Shown: one piece after another, positions 40,483 through 54,337 of the stretch
Layout: each line of letters opens with the position of its first letter
How positions within the stretch are numbered: position 1 is the first letter of the stretch
Source: Octopus vulgaris
Taxonomy: Eukaryota
Assembly (NCBI GenBank): GCA_951406725.2
Contig: OX597829.1
Location: 55,180,001-55,244,000 of the forward strand
Length of the DNA stretch: 64,000 nt
Direction of reading: 5' to 3'
Program-made: the position numbers and the translations under genes
Notes under the pieces: generated by a model
What the model saw: the letters and a program-made list of their open reading frames with translations, nothing else
The model's database searches: none
Told to the model about the DNA's origin: nothing

Positions 40483-41070
40483 CGCAAAACATCCACAGTT
40501 AGGTGATACAAAAAAAAGGACAACAAAATATCCAGATAGACGATACAAAGAAAACAAGGACGGGTCATTCTGAGTTTTCTTTGCTCAGTCAAGTTCCAGA
40601 TTATCTTTGCAATTTCGGTTGGTTATACTCGAGATTGCGCCAATCTGGCCAGCCCAAAGGAAAAACTAAGCTAAGAGCATTAGATTCTTTGGAAGAAAGC
40701 AGCGAATGTATACGAAAACAAGGATGGAAAAAAATGGAGAACGTTACACAAATACAAATAACAGGACATAACAACAGGTGTCTTTCGACTAAGGACGAAT
40801 TAAATTAAGCTGACGTGTGTGGAAGTAAAGCCTTACGGCTGGGATACAAGATTTCACAGGCACAGGGAGGAATATAGATGTTGCACGGACGATGGCTGAA
40901 CCAAGAAAGAAAGATCAGGCTTGGCCGAACACTGGTCACGTGGGGAGAGAAGAGAGAGAGAGAGAGAGGTTGAGGGACAGAAGAATTAAGGAGGGAGAAA
41001 AAATGACAGGGATTACAGTGAAGTGAAAAGAGGGGGAAAGTGAGCATGAAGAGAAGGTAAGGAAATGTGA
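40483..41070 (-). mobile_element. Non-coding dispersed element flanked by microsatellites
   Basis: Homology to 39752-39945; duplicated terminus; ctggtcacgtg motif shared with 9490-10140. Confidence 0.65.
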
Positions 41071-41074
41071 GAGA

Positions 41075-41165
<91 letters not shown>

Positions 41166-41199
41166 TGTATGTATGTATGTATGTATGTATGTATGTATG

Positions 41200-41281
<82 letters not shown>

Positions 41282-42174
41282 AGTTACTAGTTTTTGAAGT
41301 GTAAACGTGATTTAAAAAAATTATCAAAAAAAAAAATGTGATGAAATCTTTTATGAGGATGCTATTAACCTTTTTTGGTGGGGAGATGTTTATATTTCTA
41401 ATGTGTGAGCACTTTCGGTACAATGCAATGAATTGTATTAGTGCCTATGTAAATTGCCTGTCAATCGTTATTTGCTCTGGCAAAATGAAAATTTATCACG
41501 AAGCTCTTTTTTTTTTTATTTATGCGAGAGTGATAGCATAAGACGATGCAGTTGTAGCCAAATTCAAAATCTTAGAAGTAATTATTTTAAATTTGGATAA
41601 AATCTAATGCAAGTGTGTGAACATTCTGAAGAAAAATGTCACTCCACTTTTAGTACGTTGCTTTTTCAACGTCTCTGATAACTAAAGAATGGTCAACTAT
41701 AGAACTTTCCACTTATAATTTATGCCTCGGCTATCATTATCACTAATCACCAGCATCATAAATAACCTTCCTCTTCTTTGAAAATGCTGTCGCGTTCGTC
41801 GTTGTTATCGTCATCTCAATATTTTAATCAGAAAATAAATAAATAAATTAAATATTCATAAAATACAACATTCTACACTCGTTTGTCCTTCCTATCTATT
41901 TATCATTATCAAATTCTTCATTAAAACATGCCCTAGTTTCACTGGAGAGCCGAACGTAAAAGAGAGGCGGATATCAGTCGTAAGTTACATAAATTTGTTT
42001 TTAACAGTAATTTAAACTAATTGATAGTGTCAAACTGGCTTTTCAAGAAGAGATACGTTTTGTTTAATTCAGTACAAGGGCAAAGTATTATAAGAACAGA
42101 AATACTACAAGACAGAATAACTCAGGGTTAGTCACTTTGGTGCTAATTCTTCTTCGCTGTTCAGTATTCTTTGA

Positions 42175-42545
42175 TACACACACACACACGCGTGCGGGCG
42201 CATACATACATACATACATACATACATACATACATACATACATACATACATGCATGCACACATGCATATATATACATACATTCATGCACACACATACATA
42301 CATACATACATACATACATACATACATACATACATACATACATACATACATACATACATACATACATGCACACATACATATATATACATACATTCATGCA
42401 CACTCATACATACATACACGCATACATACATACATATATACATACACGCACATAGATAGATAGATACATACATACATATAAATGTGTGTTGTGCATACAC
42501 ACACAAACACATATATATACTTTACACAAACACACACACATATAC

Positions 42546-42594
<49 letters not shown>

Positions 42595-42850
42595 TATATA
42601 TGTGTATGTATGTATGCATGCATGCATGAATGTATGTATGTATGCATGTATGTATGTATGTGTGTATGTATGTATGTATGTATGTATGTAGGTATGTATG
42701 TATGTATGAATGCATGTATGTATGTATGTATGTATGTGTGTGTATGTATGTGCGTGTGTGTATGTATGTATGTATGTATGTATGTATGTATGTATGTATG
42801 TATGTATGTATGTGTGTGTGTGTGTGTGTATGTATGCATGTATGTATATG
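42175..42850. repeat. (TACA)n then (TATG)n microsatellites in opposite orientation
   Basis: Direct inspection. Confidence 0.95.
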
Positions 42851-43739
42851 TAAGTCTTCTGCAACCATCAGTTGACACTACGTCTGCTGTTCCCACGTCC
42901 TAAATTCTACTTTAGGGAAAGATTAAAAAAAAAACAACAAAAAACAAAAAAATAACAACAACAACAAAAAAAAAACTACATAACAGGATGTTCAGTATCT
43001 ATAAGTAACATAAGGTTCCTGTTATTTAGATTTTCATAAACTAGTCATCACTATGACAATAACGAACCTTTTACGGTCGACAGACGGACGCGACCACAGA
43101 TGTATAACGTAGACAAAGAGAGGAGCTAGCTGAAATGACAAATAGAACACTGGAAAAAAGAATTTTTAAGAGTTTAATCCGAAAAGGAAAAAAGTTCAAT
43201 ATAATATGCAAGTGAAGATGATTGCAGAGCGAAATATTCTTTAAAGGTAAAAATAAATAAACAAACAAAATAAATAAATAAATAAATAAAATTTAAAAAA
43301 ATGAAAATAACTGCTGCTCCTATTATAGAAGGATAGTAAAAATCGTTTAAAGAAATTTAAGACGTTTAGAAGAATAATTAAAACCTATGAAGTACCAAGT
43401 AAAAAAATATATATATAGATAAATATGAATGGTTAATGTAAAGGTGAGTCAGAGGTTAATCTTTTAGCCATCGTTTCGTCGATAAAACGGTGATCTGGGC
43501 TCGAAATATCATAGCAAGATTGGTAGGAAGGTGGAAACTATAATATATTTTTATAACAGTGTAAAAGTACGGGATTAAAAGAAAAATAAATAAAATCAAA
43601 GCTTAATTTCTTTAATTTATAAATAAATCAAAATAATTCTGTTGTTGTTGTTGTTGATGATGATAATGATAATGATGATGATGCAGTTGTTGTTGTTACT
43701 GATGTCGCTGCATAGCCCCAGGTTAAACTGGATCGAAGA

Positions 43740-44700
43740 CATATATGAGCATAAGTTCTCCGGTGTTACCCATTTTGCCTTCCAAACCCTCACCCTTCGT
43801 TTCAAGTGGAACTTTAAAAGTTGGTGAGGGCTTCGTCGGTCGAATAGCAAAGAATACAGCTTTCAACTCTTTCAAAAGTGTCCACCATACATATTTCTTT
43901 ATTACCCACAAGGGGCTAAACACAGAGGGGACAAACAAGGACAGACATAGGTATTAAGTCGATTACATCGACCCCATTGCGTAACTGGTGCTTAATTTAT
44001 CGACCCCGAAAGGATGAAAGGCAAAGTCGACCTCGGCGGAATTTGAACTCACAACGTAACGGCAGACGAAATACCGCAAAGCATTTCGCCCGGCGTGCTA
44101 ACGCTTCTGCCAGCTCGCGTCCACCATACAACCTCGTTTTACCTTAACCAACAGACAGAGGAAAACTGCTTGTTCTTCTCGTTACTAAAAGAAAGCGGCG
44201 ATGACACACTTACAAAGCACTCTACCACCCACTGGGTCTGTTCTTCGTATGATAACATATTCCCACGTGTCAGTAATGCAGGATGTTGGATGAGTGTTTG
44301 AAGTGCTTCGTTGCTCTGCACGCGTCTTGGGAAGGCTCGACTGACGAATTTTCCATAAAGCTTGTAGAACTTATTCCTAAACATGCTACTCCGTTTTCTC
44401 GGTGGCACTGAAGCCAAAGTTTTAACGACATTATCTATAGTCCCTGAGTGAAAAGCTCCCCAATATAAACTTTGCTGGTTTTCGTTGACGCCTCAGGTCT
44501 CCCCAAGAAGACAGTAAGCGTCTTCCAATATTTAAAAAAAAAAAAAAACCCAAAAAAAAACCCATTCCTGATATACGCTTAACCCAGAAATGATATTCTA
44601 ACAAAAAGAGGAAATGATTTACAAATGGCAGCCATACCTGTTCAGCGTCCAAGAACGTCAATACGTGTCACTGCTTTAGCGTACGCATCAACATCTACGG
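43740..44700 (-). mobile_element. Highly degenerate Tx1/L1 LINE 3' region, interrupted by a SINE
   Basis: VWWTLLKEL..KFHLKRRVRVWKAKWV parallels IWWTRLKGL..KYH*KRKVRVE..KRWV at 17820-17980. Confidence 0.6.
43892..44118 (-). mobile_element. Meta-domain SINE with 12-bp target-site duplication
   Basis: TSD gtccaccataca at 43880-43891 and 44119-44130; matches 15175-15403. Confidence 0.93.
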
Positions 44701-45399
44701 GGTACTGATGCCTCCATGCAGAAAGTGTTAGCAGCTATTGATCCTTCTAACCCAGGGAAACTGATTCTGATTCAAGACAAGATGATCTGACCTGATCAAA
44801 TGTAGTCTTCAACAAAATACGCAACTCAGGCTTTAATATATCACTGAAACGCTGTATGCATTTGTCATCTCTGCTTCGACATTTTGTTTTGTTTTAGCTT
44901 TTTCTCACAATATTTCTAGTAAGATTGGTTACCTTGTTCGTAACTTCATCCCAGTTTCTGCCTAACTAACCTCAAATACCTGAACTAGACCTTTATTCCA
45001 GACACAGGAATCGTCGTTGGCAAGCAGAGACCTTCCTCTTCAGATACCAACATGTCGCATCAAGCCATCATGGCCGGCATCAGTTGGGTGTATACTGATG
45101 GAGCTCTCTGGCGTCTCCGCTCGAGTTGGATATCTCTCGATATTTACAGTTTCCGCAGCAGTGACTCAAAACCAGAAACATACAGAAACAAGGGCACTCA
45201 GAGAGTGCAAACCCCGCCAAGGCAACACCAATGTCATCTCAACGATTAGCTCGAGATGATTTTTAAAATGAGAATATCTGAAATAAACTCGACTGATCTC
45301 ACAAACGAGAATACGAAAAATGAACCCGACCTCTCTCAAAAATTAAGTAAAAAACCCGGAAAAATAATCCAGAATCCTTGTCCGATACCTGATTGATCC

Positions 45400-45660
45400 C
45401 GATGGTAGTCATGGAATGTGAAGGTAGGTGTGCGGACCATGTTTGTAATGCTTTGTGTGTGTGTCGTCTGCAGTGGGAGCGGGACAGTTTTCTCTATGAA
45501 GGCTTTTCGTAGTCTATCCACTGATATAGTGTCTTTACGATCATTAAGGTCTATAGTGAAAAAGTTATCCACGCATGAAAGAAAACGGTAAGGACTTGCA
45601 TACGGTGCTGTTAATGGAGGTTTAACATCGTTGAACACAAAAAATACCTGTTTGGTGCTT
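45400..45660 (-). mobile_element. Gypsy LTR-retrotransposon integrase C-terminal remnant
   Basis: VKPPLTAPYASPYRFL..FTIDLNDRKDTISVDRLRKAF (GPY/F module). Confidence 0.7.
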
Positions 45661-47261
45661 TCTACTGCTATTTTACCATACCTTACCGATTCTATTCCAA
45701 TAGTTTTCCATTTCAAATATAATTAGCCCCAAACAATTTAATGCCGGGAAAATAGTTGAAAGGGATGTTCTCACCACCAATAAATATACCCTGGTGCTTT
45801 TCCCTACAACTCACCCTCCAATTAAACAATTTATATCGCTAATTTCTCACCAAGAATTTTAAACGTTATTTTTAGTCTAACTAATTCACAAATCCATCCC
45901 CTGCGATCTTTCCGAGCGGTAAACGATGCAGTCAGCTTCCAGTAACTACGCTCCCATCTATGTATCCTGTTTAAGTCGACAGTACAGATCACAAACTGTG
46001 GTCTGTGTAGCCAACCATTCGAAAATGTGAGCAACTTACGCTATTCCTATCTACTGTCCACACAAAAACTAATATCTGGACGACTCGCTGCAATTTGCCC
46101 AGTTCGGGTAATCTATCAAACAACTGGAAACCACAAAACATTCTACACAATCCGTCTCATAAGGTTGCAAGAACCTATAGAATCACTCTCAGCTACTGAC
46201 ATCGTGCAAACATGATTCCTGAAATCTTGGGCTTTTGTTAGCGGAGCGGGTCTACCAACATTTGTTCATGTGGTGAAAGGTCTGAATGTAGGCCAAGATA
46301 CACCAAGATATTGGTATATGCCAAAATGAGAACCAACGCTAGATCGTGTAGGATGGAATGTTATATCTCAGTCACGTTTTTCCCTTTGTCTCTTTTGAAG
46401 AGACGTGAAACTGAAATTTAACGCTCGTTGTATTTGAGAGCTTCGTTTCTAGTAGTTATTTTGACATCTATATCTTTATCTTAACATATTTTGGAATACA
46501 GTGAAACCCTCCGATAGATCCACTTCATTGACAAGAATCCAGAGGTATCTTAACTGTAATTTACATTGTGCGTGTATGCACGCGCACACACACACACAAG
46601 CGCTCACCACTCACGACACACGTGGCCAAATGTTTAGGAAGTTTTCTTTAGAAGTAGGCCGTCCTGAGTTCGGGATCACGTGGTTGCAGATCGAGAGATC
46701 AGGGTGCAATGGTATGCATCGCACGCGTCATTTTCTTTTGCTTCGGGTCGCCATCTGGGTGCGAAACTATTTTTGATGGAAACTGTACAGAAGTCCTGCA
46801 CAAGATGGTATGAATCTACAATTCAAAGGTACAGTCTTGTCACTCCGGAATGCCTCAGTGATGATCAGACAGGAAGAAATCAATTCGCACTTTACAAATC
46901 CATTCCGAAAATAAATGCATTGTTTTCGTTATCTCTATTCCAACGGTGGAGGTTTGTACCTTTGTTAGAAACCAACTCGTCCCTCATCAGAAGATTTCAA
47001 ATATTTAAAAAATATAAGCGTACATGTATGTATGTATGTATGTATGTATGTATGTATGTATGTATGTATGTATGTATGTATGTATGTATGTATGTATGTA
47101 TGTATGTATGTATGTATGTATGCATGTATGTATGTATGTATGTATGTATGTATGTATGTATGTATGTATGTATATATGCATGTATGTATGTATATATGCA
47201 TGTATGTATGTATATATGTATATATGTATGTGTGTGTGTATGCATGTATGCATGCTGGTAC

Positions 47262-47471
47262 ATATCCGGTAACTTTACCGACATCAATTCACTGCTGGCA
47301 AAATTCACCATAATCAATTCACCATTTTGTTTCCCAATAAAATAGTTGTTATCTATTAATGGCGAAACACTTTGGATATATTTCCTCCCCGAGAACTTCC
47401 CTCACAGAGAACTTTCCTCACAGAGAACTTTCCTCACAGAGAACTTTCTTCACGGTGAACTTACCTGTAAT
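47262..47471. mobile_element. MITE with imperfect TIRs and subterminal repeats
   Basis: tccggtaactttaccg ... cggtgaacttacctgta; 16-bp acagagaactttcctc repeats. Confidence 0.55.
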
Positions 47472-47539
47472 CATCATGCTGTGGCACAACATTTAAGTGT
47501 GATTGATTTTCTTGCTTCTGGTGGAGTTGCATCTTAGTC

Positions 47540-48770
47540 ATATGCATCAGTAGTCATATTGCATCATTACCCACGCACCAACTCTGATTCTGGGATCGTA
47601 CTACCCACTGGTACTGTATATTCTGACTGTAATCTGTTCGTGGGCCGATCGTGGAGTGTTTCAAAGTTTTCAGTATTGAATTGCATGCTATTTTCATCAA
47701 CCCATTTGTCATTTTGTAGTTTTAGTATGTAACCAGGGTTCGTCATCGCCTGTAGTGCTTTTGCATCATCAGCATTGCTAGTGAAGGCGGCTGACTGAAT
47801 GTCTGCGGTCATGTCTGAGAGAGCCACCACAAACAGTAGTGGTCCCAATACAGTTCCCCGAGCGAATTCGCTGAGAATTGATGTCTTCTCAGGGAGAACA
47901 TCATTAGCTGCAACTATCTGACAAAAGTCATGCAGCCATTTCTTAGTTTTCCAGCGATACCAAGATCACATGCTTTGTGACATTTCATTCCATGATGAAC
48001 TTTGTCGAAAGCCCGGGCAAAGACCATATATATATATTACGTCCGCATTCGAGTGGTTGAGTTGTTGTTTCAGTACCCAGTCGTAATGTTGTAGTAGCTG
48101 TGTGAGGCAGCCCCCCCTCCCCGCTGGACGGAAACCATGTTGCGAATTTGTGGATAAGTTATTTTCTTCCAGGAACGTGATCAGTCTCCTGACAAAGCGT
48201 TCCATGACCTTGCTAACATGTGAAATCAGAGAGATAGGCCTGTAGTTTTTAGCATCTGCTCTACTTCCTCCTTTATGGACAGTGCAGGATATATTATACC
48301 TTCTTTCAACATTTTAAAAGTTTACCATGCAAGGAAATTTTGAAATATTATCTGCCGTGGTTTTGCGAGTTTTCTTGCACGTCTTTAAAAAAACACAACC
48401 GGAAATCCATTTGAGCCCATTCTTGTGTTCGAGTTCATGTCATCAATGGCTGATATTATATCTTTCTTTACGACGATGCGATCGATGGTTGCCACTTTCC
48501 TATGTAAACCTGCGGTGTTGAAGAACTCATCAGGCTTGAGTAATTACATATTTTCCAGTGGAGAGGTGAGAACACATTGGAAATGTTTACCGGACACTTC
48601 GCTTATCCTCCTGAGTTCTGAACTTAGTGAGCCGTTTTCTCCAAACAATGGCCCTATCTTGTGGAGCACTGAGGCAGATTCTTTTGAAAACTAGTTGAAG
48701 GCTTTAGGATTCATTCTTATATTTTCCACCGGCGATATTTCGTTTTCTTCCCTTTCTTTTTCATGGGCAT
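47540..48770 (-). mobile_element. Degenerate CR1-like LINE RT fragment related to 20744-23825
   Basis: QHGFRP..CLTQLLQHYDW, GPLLFVVALSDM, NADDAKA, MQFN. Confidence 0.88.
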
Positions 48771-49165
48771 AACATTTCTAGATGTATATCGTAACTCAGT
48801 AATTCCGAAACTTCAAACTTAGAATATCGGTAAGTACAATAGCTTTTATAGTGATAGAAATGCCACGTGTTTATAATAATTAAAATTCTTCTAGTTAACG
48901 TAATAATTTAGATTCATATAGGTAAACCAGGTCATTACATTCACGCATAGATCTCTCTATAGTAAATTAGGCCTGTATGAATCATGTAAGAGTTACATCC
49001 CTTTTATGTTTATCGTCTTTGTTCTATCAATAAGATAGAAACTTATTTGGGTATTTTATGTCATTAGCAGCAGCCACCGTCGCCACCGCCAAGTGCTTAT
49101 TTGATACTATCTTTTTGCGAATGCTTGTGAACTCGTCGGTAAAGACGCACGGGTGTCTGCAAATG

Positions 49166-50201
49166 CAGGGCGGTACAAAAGTAAGACAAAAGGCTTATTT
49201 TTTGACGGTTGTGAGACGTGATGGTCAGATAACGAGAGTGAGTAGATTCTAAAGAATTACTGGAAATTTGAAAATGCAGAAACGGTGAGCCAGAAGTAGG
49301 CAGAAACTTTCCTCACTGACTCGCCGCCAAGACAATACATTTAAAAGGTAAATAGACAAATTCTAGGAGACAGGGTCAGTAAAGAAGGCACCGAAATTCT
49401 AAATTCCTCGAAGTGATACCACTGAAGAAAATGAGTTGGGCATCACACGAAGGTCTTCGAGTCATCTTTTTTAAAAAAAAAAAAGAAAAAGAAAAAAAGC
49501 TGAACTTGAGGCCATACCGACCCAAAATTCCTGCCTCACCTATCAGAGGACGACCCAGATCATCATATGTAGTTCACAGAAATCATACGGAATTGATGAA
49601 AAGTTCCAATTCTTTGACAAGATTGTTTGGTCGGACGAGTCTTCTTGCAAGTTGTTACATCAATAGGTACAACTGCATTAGCGGGACCCCAATGTTGTGC
49701 ACAGGAGATCTTTGACCTTTCTTTCGTGAGAGCACAGTCAATGGTAACAACTACCTTGACTTTATCCGCAAGGAGGTGGTGCCCACAGTGCAATCTTTAC
49801 CCAAATTTGGTGAAGTGTTATTCCAGCAGGATGGGGCACCACCTCATTATGCAATAACTGTGTGCAATTTTCTTGATGCAACGTGGAATGGGCGACGTGG
49901 TAACACTGATTGGTCTCTTAGTTTCCCAGACTCCATACCCATAGATTTCATTTTCTAGGGTGTTGTAAAAGAAAAAGTATTCCAAAGGAAACCAGCCGCT
50001 CTGCCTCATTTGCGTGGGTTCCTTACAGACGCCTAGCAGGAAATCAATACCAACATGTCTCTGTGCATTACTCTGTGACGCAGTGTGACTGACAGAATCG
50101 AGGAATGTGTTAGTGCTGAAGGCGGACACTTTGAACTCTTACGAGTGTGTCGTTTGCGTTGGAATAAATGGTAAATGTCAACCTACTTTCGCACAACCCT
50201 G
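49166..50201 (+). mobile_element. Degenerate Tc1/mariner-superfamily transposon (rosa/DD41D-like)
   Basis: TIRs cagggcggtacaaaagtaag / cctactttcgcacaaccctg+TA; VWSDES, FQQDGAPPH, WNGRRG, PDSIPIDF, EGGHFE. Confidence 0.82.
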
Positions 50202-50756
50202 TATATCATAGAATTACGCTGAAATATTTCAATATCTCATTAAAATATCCTGTCTGATGCAGTTAAATACTTCTGATATTATTCTCTAGCACACTGAATA
50301 CAAATTACGTACGTATTAAATGATAAAACTGGCCCTCCGTCGGTTACGACGGCGAGTTGACCCGAGCAACAGAGCAGCCCGCTCGTGAAATATGAGATGG
50401 TCTTCATTCCAGAATAACGTACAAGATTTATTGATAAAAACAACTCAGCCACTCCGAACACTTTAGCTGAAAGGAGCGGAGAGCAATAAGGATAAAAAAC
50501 ACTAGTTGGGCTTAAAGCAGTGGCTCTTAAGTTTATTGGAGGTACTGAACGCTGCAAGCTTCATCAGTGCATTCGTCGAACACTTCGTAATTGGAAAAAT
50601 AAAATATGATATCTTCAAAACATGGGTATATATTTTATTAATGCACAAAAGGAACCATGCATCAGTTGCGCACAAAATTACTGTGTTTAAAGAACAAAAC
50701 CAACCAAAGATAAATTTTTCACAAAAACGTCACTCAATGAATATTTACTGTAAATA

Positions 50757-52300
50757 AATGTGACTTTTGCTGTTGCTTTTCAAATACAAGTTCAGAAATG
50801 CTCTGCTTCGCCTTGGCAAGTGTGCCACTCTCGTATCATTTTCGCAACGAAGTCTGTTCCTTTTCTTAGTTTTCATGTCTACCATCCTCGAAAAGGATTG
50901 CTCGCAAAGATATTTTGTAAGAAACGGTGTGAATATCTCAAGGGGTTTCTTAGCAATAAGAAGTTATGGTACGGTTTGGTGACCCCAAAAAACGTTGAGA
51001 GCATTGTTGTTCTGAAGAGTTGCTGTGGAAACTGGCTCTGCTGAAGTTCAATGATTTCGTTGACATTTGCTGTCGCAACACTAAACGTGAACGGCTGTCC
51101 CACCCATTCTGGATATGACTCTCTGGTTGGGAAGCATCCATCGAGAGACTTTGCGGAGGTCATCTAAGTGCATGCAGTTGTTTGCTTCAGCTCCCCAGGT
51201 ACAGAAATGTCTCCAATTCCAGATACGTCTTTGATCTTACTTACGCAGTCGTCCAACAGGAGAAAGTTTGCAAAGTTATTCTCTGTTCGTCATTTCCACA
51301 AAGGTAGCTTTAAAAAAAAAAAAACAACTCCTTCAGGTTCCCTTCCGCTTCTATGATGTTGACCCCCATCAACCTGCACCAGTTGACTGAGATGATTGAG
51401 AGCATCGAAAATATCGGCCAAAATGAGAATAAACTCAGAATTTTCGAAGCAATCTGCGTGACAATGTTGGCACTCTCCCCAAAAGCAGGGCTAATTCCAC
51501 ACGCATGGCAAAATACGATTCAGCACATTTCCCGGGATAACCACCGAACGTTAAAATAGTATCTCGAATTCAGAGTCCGTTTCATTACACATTTTGGAAC
51601 CAAAATAGATAAGAAAACTGTACACAAATCAAAACTAATGCTAAAATCATTTCGCAGCTCTTTGAAGATGCGGTGCTTCACATCACTATTTCGTCAAGTC
51701 GTCTTTCACATAGCGCACGAATACATCAAGCTGGCTTAGATTGGAAACGTCGGTGGTCTCGTCGAAGTGGAGGCTGAATTTTGCTGGGCTTGAAATCAGA
51801 TCTGCAACTACTTGAGCCAAGGTGTCATCGCTCATGTCGTATATTCTGCTGCTGATAGTATCATTTGAAAGATAAATTTGGGATAACTTATCTTCAGCAG
51901 ATTTTCCCAACATGATATTCGCCATCTTCAACGCAGCTGGTTTTACGAGTGTTTCACCAATGGTGTGTGGTTTGCCTTGCTTTGCGATCAGGTACGCGAC
52001 TTCATACGATGTTGTGAGGATCGGTTTGTCCATGTGTACAAAGCCAAAAACAGGCAGAGTAGTCTTTCCATTGAATCTGGCTTTCTTCACCTTGAATTCA
52101 GCGAGCGTTGTGTTCTTGTATTTCCCATCTCCAAGCAGCTTTAGGAAGTGTCCCATTAGTTTTGCCGGTGCTAGATTAGAATTGCTCAACTTGGCATTAC
52201 ACATCATGCATTGAGGATGCTGACTCCCAACACGTTCCTTTATACACACGAATCCATATTGTACATATTCGTCTAACCACTTTCTCTTTTTGATCGACTT
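50757..52300 (-). pseudogene. hAT (Buster/Charlie-type) transposase remnant, internally deleted
   Basis: KRKW..Y..YGF, PQCMMC (BED finger), AKQGKPHTIGETLVKP, LSNDTI, DETTD, VRWLS, PFLTKYLCEQSFS..KTKKRNRL (dimerisation), QQQKSH. Confidence 0.9.
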
Positions 52301-53035
52301 AATTAGTATGAAGGGTTTGAAGTTTAAAAGAAAATCACAAATGACGTACAATCACAACATCCGCAAGTCGCCGACTGAGCACACCAAGTTCCTTGCAGCT
52401 CATATATTACAGCCAAGTGATGTGGCGTGATCAACTGCAACCAATGATGGCCAAGGGAAGCGTGACGTCACAAATAATACGACTGGGCTGAACGGAACGG
52501 ACATACGCGCAAAACCCGAGCCGATTTTTTTAAAGATTCATATTTCAAAATAAAATGTTATATTGTTATCGTAATTTATCTTTTAATAAACTAGTTTATC
52601 ATGGAAATTTATTTTGTGTAACAATTTTTTTTACTAAGCAACTAAATATTTGTAATGTAACACGGCGAAGAAAAATTGTGTTGCCAAATTGTCGGCAGCC
52701 GATATTTTGACGGCCGACAAAAACAACCCGACATTGCTAGTGTTAACCGGGCTATACTGTCTGTGTCTTGACCCCTGCCGATGTGTCCATCATTGAGGAG
52801 AGATAGTTTTAAAGAGTTAAAGAAGTTAATTATTAATGTTATTCTTCGCTACCTTAAATACATTTTCAGTTACGTGCATTTAATCGATAATGACTTGACT
52901 TGTGCATTAGATGCAAAAATACAGACACTTTCAAACTATTTGTAAGTAAGACTGTGTAAAAAAATTCCTAACAGCAGAAAGTATTAGGGACATCTCCAAA
53001 GCGAAACTTAGCATTTGCCGTGTGAAAGTTCCCTG

Positions 53036-53240
53036 ATAATAGTTTCAAATTTTGGCACAAGGCCATGAATTTCGGGGATGCGGAAGGTTGATTACATCGA
53101 GCCCTGTGCTCAAACGCTTAACTGGTACTTATTTTATCAACCTCAAAAGGATGAAAGGCAAAGTCGATCTCAGCAGAATTTGAGAACGTAAAGACGGACA
53201 AAATGTCGCGAAGTTCTTTGCTCGACGTGTTAACCATTCA
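53036..53240 (-). mobile_element. Degenerate Meta-domain SINE with alternative tail
   Basis: aaggatgaaaggcaaagtcga core; tail similar to 59940-59988. Confidence 0.75.
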
Positions 53241-54337
53241 CAAACTGAACTATTGTAAGATACTAAGATGTACTAGTTACTTTCCTTGCATGTAATCTAT
53301 CAACAATTTTAAGGAAATAGTATAGTTTCAGTTATAGCAATTACAAATCAGATAATGGACACATTTCAGCGTTAGTTTGGTGGTTCTCGGAAGAATATTT
53401 CAACATTGTGCTGCGACCATTTTTGCTTACAATTTCTTTGTACGAAGGGGGGTGGTGGTGGAAAAGTGTTAGTTTGTTTACCTTTTAGATTTTATTTTTA
53501 ATGAGGTAAAATACCAGAAAATATTTAATCAATATATTGTTAGTTGTTACTCATGGTTAAAATTATGGGTTGGCGAATATTTCATGTACAAAAAAAAAAA
53601 AAAAAAAAAAAAAAAACTCAGAACATGATACACACACACAAAAGGCGAAAACAAACAATGTGGAAGATATTTAATCATCAGCCTCACAGAGTTAGAAGTT
53701 TTTTTTTCGCCTGAGACAAGCCTTAGGATATCTTCCAATCTTCTTGGTTAAATATTTCTTCTAAAGTAAAGGAAATTATTTTGTTTCTCTCAACAGAAGA
53801 GACACAAATAAATAAATAAATAAATAAATATAACAACTCGCTCAACACTCTTGAACTATCTGACGTTAAATAAGAGATAAATTAATCCAATCACGTTTAA
53901 AACTCTCACCAATGCCTGAAGGAATCTCAATAGCGAGTTCTTACGGAATTTCGAATCTTTCCCACACAGGAATTTTCCTCATAGTTGATCTTCGCCAATA
54001 TTATTCAAAGTATCTCTAGAGCAAATGCTTCTTTGTTCTCTTTAAAGCTCGGATCAGCCTTGTTGTAATTGTCTCCCATCCTCGAACAACGATTATTTCA
54101 TTGTAACTATTGATCGATAGCATAAAGTATTCTCTAATATTGATCTACGCAACCCATTGAATTTTTCATATTTAAGGAGTCGTAACAATCTCGAAGGATA
54201 TGGAAGGTACCGGGTATCCAGTTTAAAAAAAATATATTCCAAACCCCAAATTTTAATGTAGGTAATTTCTAAAAGATATTTCTTGAATAATTTCTATGTA
54301 TTTATTTTTGCCGTAAAAAATCATACAATTCGCTAAC

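Noticed and set aside
47385-47455. Short regularly spaced repeats as a CRISPR array
   Set aside because: They are contiguous 16-bp tandem units with no unique spacers, in eukaryotic context with no cas genes
51686-52351. Possible domesticated ZBED5/SCAND3-like host gene
   Set aside because: A stop follows the first catalytic Asp region and the downstream part is deleted and frameshifted, so it is a dead transposon
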